From positions 928,001 through 992,000 of the forward strand of contig CAWCKY010000006.1 in assembly GCA_963796275.1 (NCBI GenBank): a DNA stretch of 64,000 nt, written 5' to 3'. Both the position numbers and the translations under genes were made by a program. Source of the DNA: an uncultured Acidobacteriota bacterium. GTDB taxonomy: Bacteria > Acidobacteriota > Blastocatellia > RBC074. The number at the start of each line of letters is the position of its first letter. Position 1 is the first letter of the stretch. The notes beneath the pieces were generated by a model, which had not been told where the DNA came from, did not search any database, and was given only the letters and a program-made list of their open reading frames with translations. This document shows, one piece after another, positions 57,201 through 64,000 of the stretch.

Positions 57201-57989
57201 GTTACGGCGATAGAACTCATATAGCGAGCCGTGGAATTGATTGCCACCGGATTTAATCTGTACATTGACGACGCCGCCCGCAGTTCGCCCATATTGCGCA
57301 TCATAAGAGTTGGTGACGATCTTGAACTCACCGACCGCATCCACCGGCGGCACATAAGCGATGTTGTTTCCGCCCTGAATCGAATTGTTCGGCGCGCCGT
57401 CGAGCAGAAATTCGTTGCTGCGGTTAAGTCCGCCGTTGATCGACCAATCGGCGATAGCGCCGTTGTCGAACGGGCGTTGATAAATGGCCGGGCCGTTGTA
57501 TGTGATTCCCGGCGTCAGCGTCGAGAGCATAAACGGGTTGCGCGCGTTGAGCGGCAACTCGACGATGCGACGGTTCTCAATCACATTGCCGCGATCCGCT
57601 TTTGTCTCTTCGAGCAGCGTGGTGGCATCGGCGGTGATCGTAACGGTTTCGCTGGTCGCGCCAAGTTCGAGCGTCACATCGATAGTGGCCGTCTGGCTGA
57701 CTTGCAGCGCCTGGTTGTCACGGATGTACTTCTTGAAGCCCGGGGCTTCAATGCTGATGCTATAGACGCCGGGATTGAGGAAGGGAACGGTGTAAACGCC
57801 ATTCGAGTTTGTTACGACAGTCACAGCCTCATTAGTCTGAGGATTGCGAACTATGACAACCGCGTTTGCGATCGCAGCATTTGATGGATCTACCACGCGC
57901 CCCGTTACCGTTGCGCGGAATTCCTGCCCGAAAGCCGGTAATGACAGCAGGCAGAGCCAGAGCAGCAATATCGCAGGATGCTTTTTCAT
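54285..57989 (-). CDS. Oar-type TonB-dependent receptor
   Basis: Signal peptide; ELPLNARNPF, NEFLLDGAPN, EFKIVTNSYDAQYGRTAGG, QDDWKI..LTLNLGLRYD, QPRIGIAY, terminal QLGLKFLF. Confidence 0.92.
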   Translation of the reverse strand: MKKHPAILLLWLCLLSLPAFGQEFRATVTGRVVDPSNAAIANAVVIVRNPQTNEAVTVVTNSNGVYTVPFLNPGVYSISIEAPGFKKYIRDNQALQVSQTATIDVTLELGATSETVTITADATTLLEETKADRGNVIENRRIVELPLNARNPFMLSTLTPGITYNGPAIYQRPFDNGAIADWSINGGLNRSNEFLLDGAPNNSIQGGNNIAYVPPVDAVGEFKIVTNSYDAQYGRTAGGVVNVQIKSGGNQFHGSLYEFYRRNWLDSNYLFSNARGIPAGRFRTASGDLVKAEHYLDQYGGVIGGPIWLPKKVFGPAGYDGRDKSFFLFNYEGYREGTPNPQVITVPTDAFIQGDFREYKNSTGQVIPIYDPATGQPDGDRWVRNQIQCEGVLNVICPDRINPVAKNLLALYPRPNTSTPGGEPWRNNYADIPNIANDEFKNWLFKIDQVIGTNDRVFFRYGYNLRKEIRWTNAITSGPAQDGQLPLERFNYAGVADWVHTFNGNLVLNVRASANRYIEAARSEPGLDFDATQLGFPSSLSGQLPTRMFPRINLYSTGTDVETIQLGRGTFSNEPTNVFSFQPNLSVIKGSHSIRFGLDMRYTQYARQTSGNAGMVFSFDRTFTGENFTRPDALSGSSLAALLLGAPTGLNSARNQMSFVDVNVFPIYMYKYYAPWVQDDWKITRRLTLNLGLRYDLNLPAVERYNRLNFGFDPTAINPISARINSSNLLNGATQVFGGLGFAGGNNPNTPVRSDLNNIQPRIGIAYSLNEKTVIRAGFGRYFVNPVGDPGYPTNGFSVQTPFVASINENRTSLLSFSNPFPNGVAQPAGASLGLETFLGRSFNYSNPDFKVPYVDNFSLGIQRQLPWNIAAEISYVGSRARDAQSRFSGINEPSLAFRNQCDVTKGGDIGICNALLPNPFFEVPGFEGTDRFTSPQLSRYELSRPFPQFGAITEFERNDGRVWYNSLQVSANKRMASGISINSTYTFSKTIEEAIQQPGQQDNTVSYIDDVAGIKARGLAFADRPHRITISSVWELPFGKGKRFLSNAGGLTNLLLGGWEAAGLYLFNSGRPWQLPGNVDIVDPNYADVEQKRFVGGAEWIQGVKPCVAQYSRNDQGALVPELLPYSVQYGCTAPSFIIREPFTTRLTPNRSETVRRPSYKQFDINFSKRFRINERMAIQLRGEAYNLFNTPQYDERAFILDPTNSDFGGINKNNIRQSNFPRFWQLGLKFLF

Positions 57990-58039
57990 CTAGGTCTCCT
58001 TAGGAAATATGAGGGAGGATGCAGTATCTCCCGCCCCTT

Positions 58040-59497
58040 CTATTTTTTTCGATGAATCGCAACTCCGTCATACAACGAAGCGCCACCACCAGGTGCGATC
58101 AAAACCGTCCTGGCCAATTGAAGGGGCAGGCTGAGCGGAGTGACTACAGATGATGGAACTGTCTGCAATTCATTGTGAATGAGATAACCGCCTTCAACCA
58201 TCATCGCAGCGATATTGGCTAAAGCGTATATAAGTTCAGTCTGTTTGAAGTAAGGAAAAACGTTGGTTACGACTATGAGGTCGAAATTCGGCGCCGGTTC
58301 ATAACGCTCAGTGATGATGTTCAAGCGGTCGACGCTGATTATCTCGCCGATCTCAGGGCTAATCCTGATCTCCTTTTTCAAATGCGAGTCATAGGTCGCG
58401 GGGACTTTAAGGTCGGCCTCGTGGCCTATGATTTTTCCGAGTACGCGAAAATATTCTCTGAATTCGCGAGTCAATGGACGTGAAGAGGTGTCTGTGATAC
58501 CGGAAAGAATTGATAACGTTATTTGTTTATTCTGTTTCAACCCACTCAGGTAATTAATGACCCGCTGGTTGATATCGACACAGTGAATCTGTAGATGCGC
58601 GGCGTCCGCCAGCTTCAGACCGATCAAAGCATCGACGACGGCAAATGGCTGATAACTCTGCGGCCCGAAGAGGTCGATCAAATCGGTCCGCGGAGCGAAA
58701 TCGAGCCCCGGACCGACGATCAGAACTTTTCTGATTCTGGTCGACGGCGATTGCGCCTTGAGCGAAGCGAGCGCGACATAGACGGCGTAATTCGCTTCAA
58801 TCTGCGTATCTGTGCTATGACCTCGATCCTGATAGAGCGAGCCAATTAAAGCTGCGTGCTGCTCCTTTTCGATCGCGCGTGAGGCAAATTCCTTCAGGTA
58901 AAGAAATTTCATCGACCGGGCATACTCGGAATATAGATGCTGATCGAGAGGAGTTGAGGAATCGGATGTTTGGCTCAACAGGCTTTTGCAATAGTTCATT
59001 CTCTCATCCGAGGATTGCCGGCTGATAGCCACGATGAAGTCCATCATCCTCGCACGTGCCGGTTTCGGCATTCTCTCTTTCGATGGCAGATAGGCCGATC
59101 CATCAGTCAAATACTTTTTTCTGTCCGCATCACTCAAACCGCTGACGAATCCCCGAGAGCTAAGCGCCGGTTCGATTCGGGGCTGTTGGGTGAATGTCAT
59201 GGATTGCAGAAGGAAATAGATGAGGTGATCGTATTCGCCGCGAACCTCGCGACTGTCCGTATCCTTCTTGATCGAACTGATGTGGGTTGAAAAATTTCCT
59301 GCATCGATCCCTCGCGATTCGAGCCATGGGTAGAACTGTGGGGGAATATCTGTGAATACAATCTGATCTTTTCTGAATCTTGTGGTGATCTGCGCTCCGG
59401 TGGGATAAAAAGAAAAGGCAGCGAGCGCGCACGTCAGTAGCAGCGCTGGATGAAAAATTACCTGTATTGAGCGCCTGTACGGACGATTGCTCATCAA
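58040..59497 (-). CDS. Apparently exported protein with a class I SAM-methyltransferase-like C-terminal fold
   Basis: N-terminal basic + hydrophobic segment; VLIVGPGLD (motif I-like), HCVDIN (acidic motif), FDLIVVTNVFPY, GGYLI. Confidence 0.6.
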   Translation of the reverse strand: MMSNRPYRRSIQVIFHPALLLTCALAAFSFYPTGAQITTRFRKDQIVFTDIPPQFYPWLESRGIDAGNFSTHISSIKKDTDSREVRGEYDHLIYFLLQSMTFTQQPRIEPALSSRGFVSGLSDADRKKYLTDGSAYLPSKERMPKPARARMMDFIVAISRQSSDERMNYCKSLLSQTSDSSTPLDQHLYSEYARSMKFLYLKEFASRAIEKEQHAALIGSLYQDRGHSTDTQIEANYAVYVALASLKAQSPSTRIRKVLIVGPGLDFAPRTDLIDLFGPQSYQPFAVVDALIGLKLADAAHLQIHCVDINQRVINYLSGLKQNKQITLSILSGITDTSSRPLTREFREYFRVLGKIIGHEADLKVPATYDSHLKKEIRISPEIGEIISVDRLNIITERYEPAPNFDLIVVTNVFPYFKQTELIYALANIAAMMVEGGYLIHNELQTVPSSVVTPLSLPLQLARTVLIAPGGGASLYDGVAIHRKK

Positions 59498-59815
59498 ATC
59501 TTGCTCTCTTGCTCAGACAATTGCACGTAGACCGCTCTACTAAGCGGATAAACTTCTTCCCCAAACGACGAGTAAACCTCGCCGACCCCGATGGAAATTA
59601 GTCAATTTGAACTCATCCAAGCAAAGAGTGTGTCTATTTGATGATTTTTCATATCCTAATATATGAAAACTATTTTGTCTCGTATTTTATTATTTGATTT
59701 ATTTAGTCTTGTGAAAGCAGATTGCTGGGGGATACTTCGAGGGAAGGAGATTGTGGAATCCTGATCATGTTTCGATACAATCGCGCGCGCAGAAAATCAA
59801 ACGAAAAGAACTGAA

Positions 59816-59891
59816 GTTTGGAGTTCCGCCTTCAGGCGGTCTGAAAATCACGTAGGGAAGAAAAAGACCGCGTAAACGCGGAACTCCAAAC
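59816..59891. repeat. REP-like doublet
   Basis: gtttggagttccgccttcaggcggtct ... agaccgcgtaaacgcggaactccaaac. Confidence 0.85.
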
Positions 59892-59919
59892 GCGATCTTT
59901 ATAGAGTGTGGAAAGCAAT

Positions 59920-59972
59920 TTTAGAAAAAGCTGAACGCCGCCACCTGCGCTTGAAATCACAGGGGCGGCGTC
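59920..59972 (-). terminator. Probable intrinsic terminator of the third receptor gene
   Basis: GC stem acgccgcc-a-cctg / cagg-ggcggcgt about 25 bp after the stop, followed on the minus strand by CTTTTTC. Confidence 0.55.
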
Positions 59973-59994
59973 ACGTTTTGGCCTCATACGGTTG

Positions 59995-62900
59995 CTACCA
60001 GGTGAACTTCATAGCTAACTGGATGTGGCGCGGATAAGTTACCTCCGTATCACCCGCCAGGCGCGGGAAAATGCTGCCGAAGTTCCGGTCATTCGGGTCG
60101 CCGGTGAACTGGCGGCTGCGATACGAGTATGTGTTAGTGAAATTGAACATCTCGACGCGAAACTGGAGTTTGAGCCGTTCATTGATATTGGTCATCTTAT
60201 TGAACGACACATCGAAACTCGGCGGCGAATGCAGCCTGAGCGAGGGATGGCGGAAGGACGTGAAGCGGGGTGAATATGATGGTTTGCGAATCACGTCGAC
60301 ATTATTCAAAGTGCAGCCATCCAGATTTGCGCTGTACCCCATCAACACCGTCTGTCCATTGTCGTTGATGCGCGCGGAGCAGACTCCGCGTCTGCTCGGG
60401 TTGGTCTTGTCGGGATATGTCCTGAACGCCCACACCTGGTCAGAGCCCTTCCACTGGATATCTTTTATGACCGCGTCCTGGTTGAGCCACATGATGTTTT
60501 CGTTCAGATCCCACGGACGGCCCGACTGGATTTGAGTGATCATCGTCGCCTCCCAGCCGCTCACCAGGCGTCCGAACAAGCCGTGCTTGATGTTGAACAG
60601 CTTCTTGCCTTCACCGAACGGCAACTGGTAGACCATCCCCGCCGTGAAGCGATGCGGACGATCAGCCCAGTATAGTCCGCGCTGCATGATTCCCCTTTGC
60701 TGATCATTCCAGCCCCACGCCTCGATCTGCTTCGAGAACGTATAGGTCGCTACAAGGTTCATGCCGCTTCGGGCGCGCTTCTCGAAAGTTACCTGCATCG
60801 AATCGTAGTTGATGCCGCCGTCGTTGCGCCCCACTTCAGTGATGCCTCCGAAGTGTGGGTATGGGCGTGCGAGGTCCCACCGCGAAACAGTATCTGAGAT
60901 GTGGCGACTCGTTAACTGGAACGGATCCAGACCCTTGAATGGGTTGGTCAGCCCTTCGTTGCAGAAGGCCGGGCTGCCGCCTTCGAGGGGATTACACTTC
61001 TGTCGCATCGCCAGATCGGGCTCGTTGAAGGCGCGGTTGGTTTGCAGCTTCCTTGTGCGATTGCCCACGTAGGATAGTTCTATCTTCGCCTCCCACGGCA
61101 GTTGATATTGGAAGCCAAAGGAGAATTGGTGTACGTACGGCACCTGGAAGTTCGGGTTGACGAAATCAAATCCCCGGCCAAGGTAAGTCTCCTCGCCACC
61201 GTCGCTGCCCTGAGGGATGGCGAAGCCGTCAGGGAACGGATTGCCGAGCACGCCCAGCACTCCGTTCGGCCCTTCTCCAATCGGCCTCCTACCGCCATTG
61301 AGGGAGTTGACGACTCCAGTCGAAACCGCAAAGCCGGCGAACTGGAGATAGTCGTTGCCGGGATTGACGTAATAGATGCCCCAACCGCCGCGCATGACCA
61401 ACTTTTCCTTCAGCATGTAAGCGAATCCGACGCGCGGCTGGATGTTGTTCCAGTCGATGTTGGCGGGTGTACGCGAAAGGCCGTTGACGCCTGCAAACTG
61501 CAAGCTGCCCATCAATTGCGATGTATACGGGAGTAGAGAGCGGTTGACTATGCTATCTACTGGATTGGTGACATTCGGGTCAAACCCGCGATTTAGCCGG
61601 TCATAGCGCTCATTCGGGGCGACATTGACGTCCCAGCGTACGCCCAGATTGAGGGTTAACTTGGGACTCACTTTCCAGTCGTTCTGGAACCAGGGCGCAT
61701 AATACTTGCCGAGTGTGGTGGAGAAGAGGTTGTAATCGATGTTGCCGCCCACGTAGCCGAGTAGGAATGTCGCGACCCCGTTGCCGCTGAGATCGTCTCC
61801 CTCATTCCAGAGCCTCTGTGTGAAGTTTCGACCTGAAGTCAGACGAAACACGTTACCCTGATTCTTCTGGATGTACTGGGTCCAGCGCATATCAACGCCG
61901 CCGCGCCAGGTCTGCGATCCGCGAATCCAGGTGAAGGTCGGATGCATCGCCACTGTGTTCGTGACGTTGGAACCCGCATACCGGCCAAGTGCCGGGTAGC
62001 CATCGCCAACCTCATAGCGCCCGAACCTCGGCTCGAATGGAAGCGAATTGACGAGCGCCGAAGGGAATCCGAGCGACGTCAGGTCAAATCCGAGGTTGCC
62101 GATTCCATTACCTTCTTCGATGAAACGGTTGAAGGAGGTGCGGAAGTTGAAGATGAAAGTCGGCGAGAATGTGGCCAGATGGTCCAGCACGAATGCATCG
62201 TTGATGCGTTTGAACGGATGTTGGCCGTCCTGCCCGAAGCCTGTTGTAATGCCATTAACGTTGCGGTCCTCCGTCCGGTCATTATTGGCCCAGCGGATGT
62301 AAGACCTGTGTCTCTCGTTGAATTGATGGTCGAGCTTGACGACGTAGTTGTAAAACGCGTCTGTCGCCAGGTTCGGTGCGAAAAAGAAGTTGTTGCGCCC
62401 ATAGGCCGCCGCGGGATCGACGGAGTTCGGTTTTGGATAGAAACTGAGAATCCTCTGCGCGATGGGATTGATCCGATCTCTGGGGATCTTGTTGCAGGGT
62501 GTGCCCTCAGGCACGCCGCCGATCGGGTTGCCAGCCGCATCGCACTTGAACGGAGTGCGCGCCCAGTTGTTCGCCTCAGTAGCTGATAACGGATCGTAGA
62601 TGGTGATCGGGTTTCCCGCGGCATCCGCCAGCCCGCTGAAATCGCCGTTCATCATCTCCGGCGTCGGCACCGATAGCGTCAACGGCTGCGGCACGCCCTC
62701 GCGATAACCCTCGTAGTTGACCATGAAGAATGTCTTGTCCCGCCCGTTAAAGAGCCCCGGGATGTATACCGGACCTTCGAGTTGCACGCCGTACTGGTCG
62801 AGATAGTGTTGGGCCTTATCCGCGCCCCTGGCATTTAGCCGGAAATCGGTCGCGTCGAGCCATTGGCGGCGCATGAATTCGTAGATCGAGCCGTGGAATG

Positions 62901-63666
62901 CATTGGTTCCGCTGCGCAGATTGACGTTGATGATGCCGCCCGTGGTTTTGCCGTACTGGGCATCATAGGTGTTGGTCATGATCTTGAAGTCCTGCACCGA
63001 ATCGACCGGGGGAACATAGGCGATGTTGTTGCCGCCCGCCTGCCCGTTGTTGGGCGCTCCATCGAGCAGGAATTCATTGCCGCGCGACTGGCTGCCGTTG
63101 ATCGTCCATTCGGCGATCGCGCCGTTGTCGAAGGGACGCTGCCAGATGGAAGCTCCGTTGAAGTTCACCCCGGCAGTCAGGATGCCGAGCATAAAGGGAT
63201 TGCGCGCATTGAGGGGCAATTCGATGACGCGCTGGCGATCGATCACGCCGCCGCGGTCGGCGGTCGCCGATTCGAGCAGCGGGGCTTCGCCCTGAACCGT
63301 CACCTGTTCACTGATGCTTCCGGGCTCGAGCGCAACATCGATCGTGGCGACCTGATTGATCACGAGTTCGACGTTTTCGCGCACGGCTTTCTTGAAACCT
63401 GTCACCTCGACTGAGACCGAATAGGTTCCTGGTCGAAGAAGCGGAGCTTTATAGTTCCCCGCACTATCGGTCGTGGCTGTCGTCGTTTCATTGGTGCCGA
63501 TATTCCTCACCGTCACCTGAGCGTTCGGAATGGCCGCCTTATTTGAGTCGGTGATGCGGCCGGTGATAGTGGCGCGAAAATCTTGCGCCGATGGCGCTAT
63601 CGACAACAATAACGACAGCGATAGGGGGAGTAGAAGAGTAAATAGGGTTCGAGGTGCTCTGCCCAT
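59995..63666 (-). CDS. Oar-type TonB-dependent receptor (intact paralogue of 50259-53966)
   Basis: Start MGRAPRT after AGGAGG; same motifs as the other receptors; terminal aromatic residue (KFTW). Confidence 0.92.
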   Translation of the reverse strand: MGRAPRTLFTLLLPLSLSLLLSIAPSAQDFRATITGRITDSNKAAIPNAQVTVRNIGTNETTTATTDSAGNYKAPLLRPGTYSVSVEVTGFKKAVRENVELVINQVATIDVALEPGSISEQVTVQGEAPLLESATADRGGVIDRQRVIELPLNARNPFMLGILTAGVNFNGASIWQRPFDNGAIAEWTINGSQSRGNEFLLDGAPNNGQAGGNNIAYVPPVDSVQDFKIMTNTYDAQYGKTTGGIINVNLRSGTNAFHGSIYEFMRRQWLDATDFRLNARGADKAQHYLDQYGVQLEGPVYIPGLFNGRDKTFFMVNYEGYREGVPQPLTLSVPTPEMMNGDFSGLADAAGNPITIYDPLSATEANNWARTPFKCDAAGNPIGGVPEGTPCNKIPRDRINPIAQRILSFYPKPNSVDPAAAYGRNNFFFAPNLATDAFYNYVVKLDHQFNERHRSYIRWANNDRTEDRNVNGITTGFGQDGQHPFKRINDAFVLDHLATFSPTFIFNFRTSFNRFIEEGNGIGNLGFDLTSLGFPSALVNSLPFEPRFGRYEVGDGYPALGRYAGSNVTNTVAMHPTFTWIRGSQTWRGGVDMRWTQYIQKNQGNVFRLTSGRNFTQRLWNEGDDLSGNGVATFLLGYVGGNIDYNLFSTTLGKYYAPWFQNDWKVSPKLTLNLGVRWDVNVAPNERYDRLNRGFDPNVTNPVDSIVNRSLLPYTSQLMGSLQFAGVNGLSRTPANIDWNNIQPRVGFAYMLKEKLVMRGGWGIYYVNPGNDYLQFAGFAVSTGVVNSLNGGRRPIGEGPNGVLGVLGNPFPDGFAIPQGSDGGEETYLGRGFDFVNPNFQVPYVHQFSFGFQYQLPWEAKIELSYVGNRTRKLQTNRAFNEPDLAMRQKCNPLEGGSPAFCNEGLTNPFKGLDPFQLTSRHISDTVSRWDLARPYPHFGGITEVGRNDGGINYDSMQVTFEKRARSGMNLVATYTFSKQIEAWGWNDQQRGIMQRGLYWADRPHRFTAGMVYQLPFGEGKKLFNIKHGLFGRLVSGWEATMITQIQSGRPWDLNENIMWLNQDAVIKDIQWKGSDQVWAFRTYPDKTNPSRRGVCSARINDNGQTVLMGYSANLDGCTLNNVDVIRKPSYSPRFTSFRHPSLRLHSPPSFDVSFNKMTNINERLKLQFRVEMFNFTNTYSYRSRQFTGDPNDRNFGSIFPRLAGDTEVTYPRHIQLAMKFTW

Positions 63667-64000
63667 ATGGACCTCCTGCCCGCTCCGATCTCCTCGGACT
63701 TTGGGCGAATGTTGAGATGTTATGAACGCGGCGAACAAACGATAGGTGTAGTCGCCACAGGGAGAAAAGATCGAGTGAATTGCCGGTTAGCTTTTCGATG
63801 TATGGCAAGCCCGCCGTACAACGAAGAACCACACTTCGGTGCGACGATGGTCCAGGCGCCGGATGATATGCCGACTGCTTACGCGCCTTTACCCCCGCTG
63901 GCTCAGTACAATCTTGCCCTCTCGCTCAGATAGACCTCTCCTGCGACGAGTAAAATTCACCCCGCCTCAAGGAAATAGAGCGAACGCGAGTACCAAGGTA

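Noticed and set aside
50259-63666. Diversity-generating retroelement between the receptor paralogues
   Set aside because: No reverse transcriptase in the window; differences are not adenine-specific and span whole genes.
63667-64000. Cobalamin or TPP riboswitch upstream of the TonB receptors
   Set aside because: No B12-box or TPP consensus recognised by eye; an Rfam scan would be needed to exclude it fully.

Overview
64 kb of a moderately GC-rich bacterial chromosome, most consistent with Acidobacteriota (probably Blastocatellia; inferred from Oar-type TonB-dependent receptors, carboxypeptidase-regulatory-like secreted proteins, an ASPIC/UnbV protein, many WPxxRG PQQ-like propellers and the intergenic repeat style). 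Coding content, in order: the end of an N-acyl-D-amino-acid deacylase; an S9 peptidase; a korA-like remnant; tandem PPi-type phosphofructokinases and sodC; two secreted beta-sandwich proteins; a divergent cluster of five exported PQQ-like beta-propellers with an ankyrin protein and an Fe-alcohol dehydrogenase; an M1 peptidase module; lower Weimberg-pathway genes; an exported redox cluster (heme c/Cu-monooxygenase fusion, Tat amidohydrolase, VOC protein, PQQ dehydrogenase, YHS-like protein, hexaheme cytochrome); hutHUGI; and a TPR-ASPIC gene facing three TonB-dependent receptors and an apparently exported methyltransferase-fold protein. Two apparently identical 1199-bp IS630 copies are present. 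Many intergenic spaces hold palindromic repeats (7-mer-armed, ~9-mer-armed and REP/REPIN-like), often nested, including MITE-like shells with IS630-like ends that carry REP cargo. Four genes have indels or a nonsense codon, which may be real decay or assembly error. No rRNA, tRNA or CRISPR array was seen. All assignments come from motif recognition by eye; no database search was run.
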